Positions 48,908-62,171 of a stretch of DNA of 64,000 bases are shown piece by piece (position 1 is the first letter of the stretch; the number at the start of each line of letters is the position of its first letter). This DNA comes from Eledone cirrhosa. Taxonomy: Eukaryota. Below the pieces are notes generated by a model. The model did not search any database, was not told where the DNA came from, and saw only the letters and a program-made list of their open reading frames with translations. The position numbers were made by a program, and so were the translations under genes. The stretch covers positions 326,244,001-326,308,000 of the forward strand of contig OZ024740.1 of NCBI GenBank assembly GCA_964016885.1. Reading direction: 5' to 3'.

Positions 48908-51900
48908 GATTTAATTTAATCCTCATTATTTTTTATCCATTTGTATATATATATATATATATGGCGGAACTAGAGAAGAAATTCCAAACATGGAAACAAC
49001 GCCTAGAAACAATGGTTCTTAAAGCCAACCTGACAAAGACAAAGGTCTTAGTAAGTAGAAGAGAAAACAGAACCCTGATCTCCTCGGGGAAATGGCCTTG
49101 CTCCGTATGTAGGAAAGGTGTAGGTAGAAATTCCATCCTCTACCCCAAATGCAAACTATGAGTACACAAGAGATGTAGTGGGATCTCAGGAAGTTTAGCT
49201 AAAAATGTAGGCTTTACATGTAGTGGTTGCATTGAAGCAGTAATCAGCAAATGACCACAGGAAATAAGCTCTATCAAATTCTTGGAAGGCATAGTAGAAA
49301 TGGTAGACAGCTTCTGCTACCTGGGTGACCAAATTAGCAATGGAGGTGGGTGTTCTGAAAGCATAGTAGCCTGAGTAAGAACAGGGTGGAAGAAGTTCAG
49401 GGAGCTAATACCACTGCTAACTACAAGAGGCTTTTCCCTCAAAATGAAAGGCAGACTGTATGATACATGCATACGAACAGCAATGTTGCATGGTAGTGAT
49501 ACCTAGGTGCTGTGTGCAAAAGATTTGTGTAGATTGGAAAGGAATGAAGGTTGCATGCTCTGATGGATGTGTAATAGTAGGATACGTGAACGGCAAAGCA
49601 TAAATATACTGAGAGAGAAACTAGGCATAAGAGGAATCAGATGCAATGTGCGGGAGTGGAGACTGCGTTGGTATGGACATGTGATGAATATGAAGGGTGG
49701 CACTTGCATAAAAAGGTGCAGAGTCGATGGAAGTCGTGGAGTGGGGAGACTTGGGACAGGGTGATAAATGCTGACCATGCCCAGTTGCACTTCTCAAAGG
49801 CGATGACACAGGACTGAGATCTCTGGTGTTACACAGTATTACAGAAGACCAGACTTCCCACGGGCACAGGCCGAGACTGAAGCGAATAAATAGTATGCAC
49901 CACCCCATCCCATACATTTCTCATGAGGACAGGCTGAAGCATATATCAAGTGAAGCCTCCAGCCCACACTGTAAAGTGGTCATGATGGCAACAAAACAAA
50001 AAGCACTAGCCCACACTGTAAAGTCGTCATGGCAAAAAGTACCCAGTCAACACTGTAAAGTGGCCGTGTAGGCATCATGACAAGAAACACCCAGCACTTA
50101 CTGTAAATGAGGCTGGCGCTAGGAAGGGTATCCAGTTGTATAAACCAAGCCAAAATCGGTTCTGTACAAGCTAGACATGGTCACCTGACCTGGCATTGCT
50201 CACAACAAGATAACTTGTCTAACCAATGCCAGCGTGGAAAAATGGATATTAAACAGTGATGATGATATATATATATTTATAGTAACAAGGTTATAGGAAA
50301 TATATTCACTATATTTCTGGTTGCTCCCATTACTCACTCAAATGAGACATGGTTTGAACACAAAGCTGTCTCAGAGTGCTTACAAAAAGTTTACTTGTAA
50401 TGGAGCGATTGCACATGGATATGCTGGACCTAAAGATCTTTGAGGTTTCCACGAGTGTAGACTGCTCTGACAAGTGCATTTGCTATTTGTCTTTCACAGT
50501 GGCTATACCATACACGTGTGCAGGCTATATTCTATATCATTTCTTTAGCGGGAATTCTACTTGATAGTGGGAAAGCAAAGCTGTCTATCTAGCTTATATG
50601 TCAAGAAATTACTGCCATAATGGTGAGGGTAGCAGTCAGCGACATGTGACATCGCATGGGTAAGATAGATTTTAGAAGTGGTGGTTTTCACCACTGGTCT
50701 TTAGCAAACAAGGGAGAGAACCCTACAGTTGTTGAAGTTTCTTAACCATCTTCAGAAGGGGCTAACTCGACTTGGATGCTAAGATAAAAATAAGCTAAAA
50801 GCTTACATAGTATTTATGAACATCTACTGATGACACTCCACCACTTCTAAAATTCATAGAAAGGCTGTAAAAATGGTTATTTACACTAACATTTTATATA
50901 TGATTCAATATACAACCCAAGTCACATATTAATCATGCTATGTCAGAGTATCACTACCTCTCATTAATTAGAGCCCGCTAGCTTTTGCTCTGTATGCAAA
51001 TGCCCTTCAGAAGTCTTTTGACAGAAACTGAAGGGTCCTCTCAACCATTTGTTTGGCAAGCTTTTTATGACTGGATGCCCTTCCTATCACCAACAATTTC
51101 ACAAGGGTGCAATGGCTAGGAATGTGCGTGTGTGTGGGACATGAAGATGTGTGTGTGTGGTGAGGGTGGTATAGTGATGTTGAGAATAGCAGTTAGTGAG
51201 TGCTTGAGGAAGAGGGACTCATGCCACATTGTATGCTGCAGGTCAGGTCTTCTTCAGCTCCACATAACATGAGCCCTCATGTTGTTTAGTCATTTCTGTT
51301 GTGAGGTTTAGTTTTTTAAGGTTATTCTTCACATCATCATCCCATTTTCCTCTTCTTTGGGTCCCAGGCACTGGGGTTTCTCTGCATTTCTTTATGCAAC
51401 TGTTATTTACCATGCACATTATATGTCGCTCATGCACACTAACATTATACATCCATCAGAGCATACTCAACTCAATTATTTCTAGCCTTTGCAGGTCTTC
51501 TGCAGTCAAGGACCATGTTTCAGACATGTAGCATTGCAGTTGGGACACAGGTATCATAGTCTACCCTTCACTCTGAGAGAAAAGCATTTTGTTGTTAGCA
51601 GCAGCAATAGCTCTCTAAACTTGGTCCAAAAAGAAGACATGACCTTCATTCCATTAGGAAAGAGATCATGCTCAATATGAAGATAAGGAGCAGGTAATAA
51701 CATCATATGATATAAACAATGCAAAACTAGGATACACACGAAATGTAGTTAGATTGTAAGCAGACTAACAGGAAAGGTAGACTGTGTATGTGGGAGATAC
51801 ACATGGATAGTTAGTAGTAAGAGCTCCAACGAAATAAAATATTTCCAATCCTAAAAATGCTCCATAGATGTAGTTGATAGCTTTTGCTACCCAGTTGACC

Positions 51901-52597
51901 TAAGCAATTAGCAGTGGAGGCAGTTGCTCTGAAAGCATGGTAAGTAGAATAAGAACAAGATGGAAAACACTTAAGGAGCTATTACTTCTGTTGACAAAAG
52001 GTTTCTCTCTGAGAATGGAAGGCTGATTGTATGATAACCAGTTATAAAGTATGGTTTTGCATGGAAGTGAAACATGGGCAGTAAATACAGAGGATATGAC
52101 ACAGTTGGAGAGAAATGAAGGATGCACATTTGAGGAGGAATTAAATATAGTGTACAAAAAAGAAGACTGCATACAGAAGATTGTTGGTTAAGTTCCTAGT
52201 GATAAGAATCTGCAATAGAAGGCCAAGAAAGACTGAACAGAAATGGTGATAGCAGATCTCAAAATATTGATCCTGATCAATTCAACCTATACAAGCATGA
52301 AATAGCAGGTGTAAAACGATGATGAGGATAATTGTGAAAGAATAACTTTATTAAATACATCATCATAAGTTATTTCAGTAATGTAGATAAATGTGGTTAT
52401 AAAAATATAGTGTTCAAAGGTTGTTACCACACATTGTGGTATGTTCTTTGCTGTGTGAATACATTTATGGTTGTATAAGATATTTTTTTTAATAGAATGA
52501 CTTTTAACATTGATATGGTTACTCTCCTATATCAAAACATATATAAGTAGTTAAGATAATTTTCTTACAGAATGATTTACCATAAACATTGGAGAGA

Positions 52598-54808
52598 TCA
52601 CTTTTCTCCTGTATGAACACGTTTGTGAGACGTTAAGGATCCATTTGTAGTGAATGATTTATCACAAATTGTACAGTGATAAGGTTTTTCTCCAGTATGA
52701 ATACGTATGTGCAAAGTTAAGTCACCACTTCGAGAGAAAGATTTACCACAGATGTCACAGGGATATGGTTTCTCTCCTGTATGTGTACGCATGTGATTTG
52801 TTAGGGGACTACTATCAATGAAAGATTTAGCACAGATATCACAATGATATGGCTTCTCACCTGTATGAGTGCGTTTATGTCTAGTTAAGGAATTTTTATG
52901 AGAGAATGATTGACCACAGATATCACAGAGATACACCTTATCTCTTGTATGAACACGTTTGTGAGAAGTTAAGTCACCATTTTGAAAGAATGACTTATCA
53001 CATACATCACAGTGATATGGCTTTTTTCCGGTATGTAACCGTTTGTGTTTTCTTAAAGTTCCAACCAGCGGGAATGATTTACCACAGATATCACAGTGAT
53101 ATGGCTTCTCTCCTTTATGAATATGCTTGTGTTGAGTTAAGCGTCCATTTGTAGCGAATGATTTGCAACAGATGTCGCAGCTATATGGCTTCTCCCCTGT
53201 ATGAACACGTTTGTGTTCGTTTAAGTTTCTATTTTCAGAGAAAGATTTACCACAGACGTCACAGTGATATGGTTTCTCTCCTGTATGAACACGTTTGTGA
53301 GAAGTTAAGTGATGATTCTGAGAGAATGACTTATCACAGATGTCACAGTGAAATGGCTTTTTCCCAGTATGCCACTGTTTGTGTTGTGTTAAAAATGCAA
53401 TTAGAGCGAATGATTTACCACAAATATCACAGTGATATGGCTTTTCTTCTGTATGAAGATACTTGTGTTTAGTTAAACCTCCATTTGTAAAGAAGGATTT
53501 ACCACAGATGTCACAGTGATATGGCTTCTCTCCTGTATGAAGATTCTTGTGGTCATTTAACTTTATTTTTTTTGAGAAAGATTTACCACATATGTCACAG
53601 AGATATGGATTCTCTCCTGTATGAACATGTTTGTGTGCTGTTAACGCACAACTTTTAAAGAATGGTTTACCACATATGTCACAGTGATATGGCTTTTTCC
53701 TGCTATGCATCTGTTTGTGTTTTGTTAAATATTCAATTAGAGTGAATGATTTTCCACAGATATCACAATGAAATGTCTTCTCACTTGTATGAATAACTTT
53801 GTGTTTAGTTAACCTACTTACTTCAGAGAATGTTTTATCACAGATATCACAGTGGTATGGTTCTATGCCGGTATGTATATTTTTGTGTATAGTTAAGGCA
53901 TGATTTGTAAAGAATGATTTCCCACAGATATCACAGTGGTGTGGCTTCTCTCCTGTATGAATAAAACGTTTGTGAGAATTTAAGCCACCACTTTGAGAGA
54001 ATGATTTACCACAGATGTCACAGCAATATGGCTTCTCTCCTGTATGAATACGTTTGTGCGTTGTTAATGCACAACCTTTAAAGAACGATTTACCACAAAC
54101 GTCACAGTGATATGGTTTCTCTTCTATATGAATACAATTGTGAGTAGTTAAGTCACCACTTTGAAAGAATGATTTACCACAGATATCACAGTGATATGGC
54201 TTTTCTCCTGTATGTAATCGTTTATGTTTAGTTAAATCTGCTTTTCGAGCAAATGATTTACTACAGATATCACAACTATGTGGTTTTATGCCTGTATGAA
54301 TACTTTGGTGAAATGATAAGTGAACCTTTCGAGAGAAAGATTTACCACAGATGACACAATGATAGGGTTTCTCCCCTGTGTGAATGGTTTGGTGTCTATT
54401 TAACTGACTTCTATCAGGGAATAATTTACCACAAATATCACAGTGATATGGTTTCTCACCTTTAAGAGTATGCTTGTGTATAGTGAAGCTATGTTTATTA
54501 GAGAATGATTTCCTACAGATATCACAGTGATGTGGCTTCTTTCCAGTATGAACACGTTTGTGTAAAATTAGAATAGCATTTGTAGAAAATGATTTACCAC
54601 AGATATCACAGTGATATAGTTTCTCTCCTATAGGAATAGTTTTGTGAGAAGTTAGTTGACATTTTCTGGATTTATCAGTGATATCGCAAGGATGTGATGT
54701 CTTTCCTGTATCTTTCAACACTTCACCAGAAAAATCATTGCTTTCTGGCTCTGTCTTAATCTCAACCTGTTTCTCCCATAATTCGTTTTCCATAACTTTT
54801 GTTTCCAC
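52598..54808 (-). CDS. C2H2 zinc-finger protein (ZNF paralog 4), ~23 canonical + 2 degenerate fingers
   Basis: 736-aa ORF. Acceptor at 54905-54906. Flanks nearly identical to paralog 3. Confidence 0.95.
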   Translation of the reverse strand: METKVMENELWEKQVEIKTEPESNDFSGEVLKDTGKTSHPCDITDKSRKCQLTSHKTIPIGEKLYHCDICGKSFSTNAILILHKRVHTGKKPHHCDICRKSFSNKHSFTIHKHTLKGEKPYHCDICGKLFPDRSQLNRHQTIHTGEKPYHCVICGKSFSRKVHLSFHQSIHTGIKPHSCDICSKSFARKADLTKHKRLHTGEKPYHCDICGKSFFQSGDLTTHNCIHIEEKPYHCDVCGKSFFKGCALTTHKRIHTGEKPYCCDICGKSFSQSGGLNSHKRFIHTGEKPHHCDICGKSFFTNHALTIHKNIHTGIEPYHCDICDKTFSEVSRLTKHKVIHTSEKTFHCDICGKSFTLIEYLTKHKQMHSRKKPYHCDICGKPFFKSCALTAHKHVHTGENPYLCDICGKSFSKKIKLNDHKNLHTGEKPYHCDICGKSFFTNGGLTKHKYLHTEEKPYHCDICGKSFALIAFLTQHKQWHTGKKPFHCDICDKSFSQNHHLTSHKRVHTGEKPYHCDVCGKSFSENRNLNEHKRVHTGEKPYSCDICCKSFATNGRLTQHKHIHKGEKPYHCDICGKSFPLVGTLRKHKRLHTGKKPYHCDVCDKSFFQNGDLTSHKRVHTRDKVYLCDICGQSFSHKNSLTRHKRTHTGEKPYHCDICAKSFIDSSPLTNHMRTHTGEKPYPCDICGKSFSRSGDLTLHIRIHTGEKPYHCTICDKSFTTNGSLTSHKRVHTGEK

Positions 54809-55253
54809 TCCTTTTTTTTTTGTATCTATCCTATATAATGTCTTCCTTTAGTCTTTAAAAGATGATAAATATTGATTTCTTTAATGTCAATGTCATCTGG
54901 GATTCTGAAATAATAATTTAAAAAAACAGTATAAGATACTGCGAATATTTAAAATGTAGAAAATGAACAGTGGAATCTTTACTACATTTATATATTGATA
55001 AACCATCTCTGTAAACATTTACTTGAAGAATTAAAATTTATTTCTTAATTGAAATTACACCAATCTTATGTGAAGTTTACATATTTACAGACTACAGATA
55101 CATCCTATGATTGTTTAAAATATAATTAATCTACAGACATCTTAAGATTGTGTGACATACATATATATGTTAAACTACAGACACATCTTAAGATTGTGTA
55201 ACACAAACACACACAATTGCACCATCATATATTAAACTATAGCTACACTTTCA

Positions 55254-55430
55254 GAAGTATCGGTAGAGGGTTGGACGCCATGCTTTCTAGCATAGTTACA
55301 TCCCTTTAGAGTCTGAGTTCAAATCCCGCCGAGGTTAACTTTGCCTTTCATCCTTACGGGGTCGATAAAATAAAGTACCAGTAATGCACTGGGTATTTGC
55401 TGGCCTTGTGCCTAAAGTAGAAACAATTAT
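55254..55430 (+). mobile_element. tRNA-SINE in the ZNF4 intron, absent at the paralogous ZNF3 position (~25205)
   Basis: B box and core present. The ZNF3 intron shows no SINE at the corresponding site. Confidence 0.85.
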
Positions 55431-56306
55431 ATATATTAAACTCAAGTGACAGCTAGAAGTTGTAAAACATCACTATCATCTTTTTACCTCTACTTTTCCA
55501 CGTTTGTATGGGTTGGAGAAAGGCAGTCAGTACAGCCAGTCTTTTGATGTCAACAGAGATATTAGTTCTCTGAAATTTTTCCAGCCTGCTCTTATTTCAG
55601 CAACCATACTTATAGACACATTCAGGTGTGGTGCCAGAGATGACTGCACAGGTGGGAGTCGGGATACTTACAGACCCCTTGGCTGTCAGAAGGATGTTTA
55701 TTTTTCAACATATGCTCCATCTAGGTCGATACACTTCTGTAAGTGTTGATACCAGCCTTTAAGTACATCTGTGTAAAACTGAGGGCCATGCGATTTAAAT
55801 CATGTCAAAGCAGCTTTTTTTACATCTTCAACCTTAACTCTTGCACTTCCAAAACGACTTATCCATTTGTAGGTTGTTGATTTCGTTGGGGCATTGTCTC
55901 CATAAACATGTTCCAGAGCGTCAATGATTTTGACTGCTCTTCCATCAAAGCTTCACCATGGATTTGATGTTTTGATCGAGGCTATGTTACTCGAGCAGGT
56001 GCTCACTTCCAACTGACTTCGCCGGATTTGAGTTCAGAGAGCCGAAATGAACACTACAAAACATTCTATCCGATGTTCTAACGCCTCTGCCAATTTGCCC
56101 CGGTAAACACGATAAGAAGAGAAAATGACTGTATTGGAAGCGTTGGCTGGTTTACAGTACCAAGCGAGACAGTGGTGTGTGTCTAATAAAAAAAAAAAAC
56201 AGTAAAAAATCTTCTAGATACACCAGATTCTTCATTTTACCATTTGTGCATAGTATATGAAGATTTCTAGATGTTCCTACTCGTGAAATGTTTTCCTCGT
56301 TTTTTT

Positions 56307-56915
56307 TTTTTCGAGTGCTATCAACTAATGTAACCTCCAAGATTCTGGCAATCAACTTTTTCCCCGGAGAACGGAGGGTTGGGGTGGGATCCCCTCCTTC
56401 TCGGATTTTCCCTACGACTAGATTTGTAGAAAAAGTAGGGTGAAAGGGGGCGAAAAGACCATCGGAGTTTCGTAGATCTACACGCCTCTCGCGTTTGATG
56501 GGAAATAATCTTTCCTTGTTTTTTTCTGAACCTCTTAGATGTTTACAATCGAATTTTTCCACAGAAAATGGAAACCATAAACCTATTCCGGGAAGAAAAG
56601 TGGATTGCAAACGTCTAAGAGGTCCAGAAAACAAAACAAACAAATAAAAAAGGGAAAGATAATTATTTCTCACCAAATGCGAGGCGTGTTTATCTGCGAA
56701 ACTCCGATGATATTTTCACCCGATTTTTTCTACAAATCTATTCGTTCCCGACTGGTTTAAAGGTCATATTCGTTGATAATACGCAAACAATTTTTTTTGA
56801 AATCCGTAGGGAAAACTCCGAGGATGGAGGGACATACCCCAACCCCTCCGTACTCCAGGAAAAAAGTTGATTACCAGAATCTTGGAGGTTAGATTAATTG
56901 ATAGCACACGAAAAA
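56307..56915. mobile_element. Foldback/MITE-like element upstream of ZNF4
   Basis: Paralog of 26601-27154 with the same nested inverted arms. Confidence 0.75.
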
Positions 56916-57152
56916 CATGAAGTATATCCGTGTGGTCTATATATGTGTATGTTGTATATAAACAAGGCTTGTCGGAATTTGCTGTTAATAAAACACCAAA
57001 GAAAAGACGATTGCAAAAAAACAATTTTAAAGTAAAATACCTCGTATAAATCACAGCTATTGATGGGGAATCACTGATGTTTGACGTGTTGTTGAATGGA
57101 GTAAGTTATTAGTATTCTCTACCACTTCCTCGGTCCTACAGTATTTCCTTCT

Positions 57153-57231
<79 letters not shown>

Positions 57232-57577
57232 AAGATAAATATGACTTTGTGTTTTATGCTAAATAAAATATTCTAAGGATCAGTGTAATTCAATTCAAAA
57301 CAACAGAGGTATAATGACATTAATATCCGGTTGATCATGCGTACTAGCGCTATGTAAGAGAAGACGGACAAAATCATGTCATTAACTAAATATTGATTTT
57401 ATTCAAGCTTTACCTTTCAAAAGTTAACCCTTTAGCATTCACATTGCTCTGTATATACTATTATATTTTCATGGTAAAGGCATATTCAGACAAGAACTTA
57501 ATATTGGGAGTTCTATTTGAATAGAACTCACAACAAGTTCTTGTCTGAATATGTCACTGTCTGTAAACCAATTTTTG

Positions 57578-57638
57578 TATTTTATCTGATGAGGGCGTAC
57601 CAAAATTTTGGTACCCTTGAAATATATATAATAAAATA
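57578..57638 (+). ncRNA. Minimal type-I hammerhead ribozyme
   Basis: Stem I TATTTTAT/ATAAAATA, CTGATGA core, stem II GGGCGTACC/GGTACCCTT, GAAA, palindromic stem III and an AUA cleavage triplet. Confidence 0.7.
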
Positions 57639-58679
57639 AATATGGTTTTATAAAAATAGCTTCCATTTATTGATATTGTTGATATTATACTCCAGAAAAT
57701 TTGTTGAATGCTTCTAAACTGTTATAAATTAAATTTGTTGAATAATCAACAAATTAAATAACTCATTGCTTATATACATCATCATCATCATCATCATCAT
57801 CATAGCTTAACGTCTATCTTCCACGCTAGCATGGGTTTAGATGGTAATTGTCCCACTTGAGGCAAGATTGGTCGGGTGACGTGTCACGCTCGTATAGGAC
57901 TGTCTGGCAAGTTTTCTACGGCTGGATGCCGTTCCTAACACCAACCACATTTACAGTGTGGACTGGGAGGTTTTTATTGTGTTACCTACATGGCCACATT
58001 ACAGCATGGACTGTTTTTTTTTTTTTTGTCGTGACACCTATACGACCTCATTTTGGACTGGATGTTGTGGTACCAACATAACTTTACAGAGAGAGAGGGT
58101 GGTGTTGGTGGGAGTGGGGGTGGAGTAGGGGTAGTGGGATGGGGGTGTATATTTGGTTAAGAGGGGCCTACTGATGTAGGTTTCGCTTTGTACACAGGCA
58201 AGGCGGGTCTTCTGTATTACTGCGTGGCGCCAAAGATCTCGGTCGAGTGACATTGTCTTAGAGAGGTGTAAGTGTGTAAGGTCGGAATTTATCAAATCAT
58301 CCCAGGTTTTTCTGTGTCTACCTACTCCGTAACTTCCATCAATTTTGATCGTCCTGCACTTTTTTATACAGCTGTAATCTTTCATGTGCATCACGTGACC
58401 ATACCAACATAGTCTTCTTGTGGGCACTTGCTACTTATTGCACCTGAGCATTGGCCACATATAAAATCTATGTTCTTAGATAGCTTACCTGTGATCCCAC
58501 TACATCTTTTATGTACCCATATATATAGTGAAGTCTATGCTAATTGTCTAGCAAATAAATGTAGGGATATTGTACATATTATTTTACATGTTCCAGTCAA
58601 CGGGATAAAGCAATTCTGGGGCACTGCCATTGACGCTACACTTTCTATTGCCAACCTTCCTTGATTGGCCATTGATGCA

Positions 58680-59420
58680 AAAGGGGGTTTGCTGCTGTCA
58701 CCCTTATGCTTGCTTTGTCTCGTGCTGTGGGTTCATCCAGGATCTTGCTTAGCAAAATGATGAGATATTTTTTGAAAGCATCTACATGCACAGCATTTTT
58801 TCAGAGGGGATAGGCGCTTATTAATGAGCTGGAGGCCTTTGAACTGAAAGCTAATGCAGTATCTGGTCCTTATTTTTTATGTGAAGGATGGACCTTTGGT
58901 ACACACACCAGTGTCCTGTTCGTGGGCTGGTTTGGCCGTCAATGCTGATGTTTAGTGCTGGCCCTTCCAGGATTTTCCATACGTATATCACTAAGTTTCT
59001 CTCCTGTTTACGCTCTGAGGAGTGAAGCTTTAGTTCATTCAGCCTCTCGCACTAGCTCATCTCTTTCATTGAGGCAATCTTCTTGGTGTGGCTTAGTTGG
59101 ATTGCTTTAAGTTCTGTGGATATTTTGACACAGTGGGGTGACCACAGCTGAGAGCTATAGTCCAATTGGTTGAGGACAAAAGACCTTCAGAGGACCAACA
59201 TGGTTTCTGGGTCTCTTGTTCTGTAAGTCCTTAAAATCCAACTCACTAGTCGTCTGCACACTGCTGTCACTTTGGGGATGTGAGCATGACACAATGCATT
59301 ATTATTCATGTTAACACCCAGGACCCGTATTAATTCTGATTTGGGGATTTTGTTTCCTCCTGGTCCGGTGTACCATTGTTGTGGTGGCCCTGTGCTTGTG
59401 GGTTGATAGCTCAGGGCTTG
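58680..59420 (-). mobile_element. CR1-group LINE 3' fragment
   Basis: RVLGV..HAHI..RRLVSWILRTYRTRD..LDYSSQLWSP. Confidence 0.7.
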
Positions 59421-59462
59421 AAATGTATGTATACACACACACACACACACACATATATGTAT

Positions 59463-59680
59463 TTAATTACATAATAAACAACACACTATAATTATTCCAT
59501 TACCAAAATAGTTATCTATTTCATCTGATGAACAGGCTAGACGTTTCTGTAAAGATCGTCTAGTTTCTTGAAACCTTTGTTAATGGAATAATTATATTGT
59601 GTTGTTTAGTATGTAATTAAACAGCTCTGTACTATACATAGAACACTCTTCTTTCCTTTACCTTTTCTACAGAAATACTT
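59463..59680 (+). mobile_element. Inverted-repeat module with a hammerhead-like core (59519-59588)
   Basis: CTGATGA at 59525, CTAGACG/CGTCTAG stem and GAAAC at 59570. Flanking inverted arms. Confidence 0.6.
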
Positions 59681-59753
59681 AGAATATATATGTATATCAT
59701 TTTTTCCAATTCCACCCTGCCCATCCCTTCAATCTATCTAATTTCTCATTCTT

Positions 59754-59789
59754 TCTTCTGATGAAGGACTAGCGTCCAAAACGTTAAGA
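59754..59789 (+). ncRNA. Degenerate minimal hammerhead (GAAA mutated to AAAA)
   Basis: TCTT-CTGATGA-A-GGAC tagc GTCC-aAAAC-GTT-AAGA. Confidence 0.45.
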
Positions 59790-60177
59790 CCCTCTTCCAG
59801 CGTTAACCTAATATATTCCTTCCATATACTGTACATTTAATGGTCATTTTCTGGGTTATCTCCTTTTTGGCATTAACAGATCTGAGACTGGACGACCTCG
59901 AAATAGATAAATAGCTTGTCTTAGATCAGTCCAGGCAATTTGGAGCAATTCTTGATAAGAGTAAACATCTAAACTTTCTAACCTTGGGGTCTACAGACTC
60001 TTACCTTCTCTCTTTCACTCAATCTCTATCTCTTGGTCTCTCTTTCAACCAAGTCAGTAAAGTTCATGAAGTTTCCTGGATTTGCGGTTGTAGTCCAGGT
60101 CGCATTCCTGCACTAGCCCCCAGATATAGTCCCCCATCATTTTTTTCATTTCAGTGGCCCTGGTACCTCCGCTCTAT

Positions 60178-61040
60178 CTATTTCACATCTTGGTAGAATC
60201 GTTCGCCTTGTTCTTCTGAGAAGGTGCCCATATTGTCCTTGAATTTTTCCAGGTGAACGTCCAGCATATGGAGTTTAAGCGACATGCTGCATCCCATGGC
60301 GCCAAAAGCCTTTATCAGATCCTGCACCAGTTGCTGGTAGTTTTCAGCTCTGTAGTTGCCCAGGAAGCCCTTAACAACTGCCTTAAAACAGTTCCATGCT
60401 GTTCTCTCAATCCTATTGAGCTTATTGGAGAACTCGGTAGACTCAAACACCTTCTTTATCTGAGGTCCAACAAAAATTCCACCTTTGATTTTGGCCTCAG
60501 ATAACTTGGGGAAGAACTCAAGAAGGTACTTAAAAGCAGCTGATTCTTGGTTGAGAGCCTTCACAAACTGCTTCATCAACCCCAACTGAATGTGCAGTGG
60601 CGGCATGAGCACAATCCTGGGATCAACCAGTGGCTTCCACATGACGTTCTGGGTCCCAACTATAAATTCTGTTCGCTGCTCCCAGTTCTTTCTTTTGTAG
60701 TGGTCAGAGGTGGCTCTGCTGTCCCAAAGGCAGAGGAAGCATTGGAATTTGATAAAGCCTCCTTGGAGTCCAAGCAGGAAAGTCACCATTTTGAAGTCTC
60801 CAATGATTTCCCAATTGTACTGGTTGTATTGCAGAGCTTCCAAGAGGACTTTCACACTGTAGTAATCTTCCTTCAGGCAGACTGAATGAGATAGGGGCAG
60901 TGTCGGGAACCTGTTTCCATTGTGGAGGAGGACAGCCCTCAAACTTGTGGTGGAGCGGTCTATAAATAGCCGCCACTCCTTGGGCACAAACGGCACCCCA
61001 ATAACGTCAAACAGTCCAGGCACGTCATGGCAGAAGAGAA
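60178..61040 (-). pseudogene. Chapaev3-like (CMC; Transib/RAG1-related) DDE transposase fragment
   Basis: WRLFID, LHNGN, GDFKMV..LLG, CFLCLWDSR, PPLHIQLG, GIFVGPQI, MSLKLH and SEEQGERF. Candidate terminus CACCGTGTAACAAAA at 61491(-) next to TAA. Confidence 0.7.
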
Positions 61041-61508
61041 AGGTTTGTGTCGACTTCTCTGACTTGTCACCTGCACTTCCTCCTTGACCAAGTTCCACTG
61101 CTTCATCCTGGAGACGAATGCTTAAAACACAACTTACCCTTTATTCAGGGTGCGAAAATCCACTATCAATAAATCTCTTTAATCCACTTTTTAACAATTT
61201 TATACTTTATTGCACTTTTATAATTTTCTTTAGGTATTACTCTTTGTTTTATAATTTTAATTTAACCTGATACATATATTTAAAAAAATCATTTAACATA
61301 AGCAAATTAAACTTACATACAACGTAAAATCCAGCATACAAATAATTCTAGTGAATAGCTTAGAATTTTTACAAGCCCACACTTTTAACTGTTTAATAGC
61401 ACTTTTTTTTAAATTTATTTGGGACCTAAGCAACACAAAAAAGTGATTACAAGCCAGGAACAGAGAAACATATTTTTTTTGTTACACGGTGTAATTGAAG
61501 ACCTGACA

Positions 61509-61509
<1 letters not shown>

Positions 61510-61590
<81 letters not shown>
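61510..61590. repeat. (TA)n microsatellite; others at 57156-57226 and 62072-62168
   Basis: Directly visible. Confidence 0.98.
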
Positions 61591-61594
<4 letters not shown>

Positions 61595-61990
61595 GTAAAT
61601 CTCCGGGTAACAAGGTCCGGTGGTGGAGAGAGAGATATGTAAGTGGGTGTACGTTGAGATGCGTGGTGTGTATAAGATGTGTGAGATGTGTAGAATGAAG
61701 GGAAGAGTAAAAGAATAAAAATAATAATAACAACACAAGAGAGAGAGTTACCTTGGGAGAGATTTAATAGTCCCTATATATTTCGGATGTGAATCCGAAA
61801 TATATAGGGACTATTAAATCTCTCCCAAGGTAACTCTCTCTCTTGTGTTGTTATTATTATTTTTATTCTTTTACTCTTCCCTTCATTCTACACATCTCAC
61901 ACATCTTATACACACCACGCATCTCAACGTACACCCACTTACATATCTCTCTCTCCACCACCGGACCTTGTTACCCGGAGATTTACCCAT
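61591..61990. repeat. 198-bp-arm perfect palindrome with a 4-nt loop (GTGA)
   Basis: 61591-61788 is the reverse complement of 61793-61990. Both strands give identical translations. Confidence 0.95.
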
Positions 61991-62069
61991 TTGCATTGTC
62001 GAGGCTTCCAAACGACTTATAAATATTTACTTATTGTTCCACAATGCTTCAAGCAAACTTCAATACTCT

Positions 62070-62170
<101 letters not shown>

Positions 62171-62171
62171 T

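Noticed and set aside
52906-53472. Antisense ORFs over ZNF genes (also 2781-2984 and 23203-23388)
   Set aside because: By-products of the 84-bp finger periodicity.
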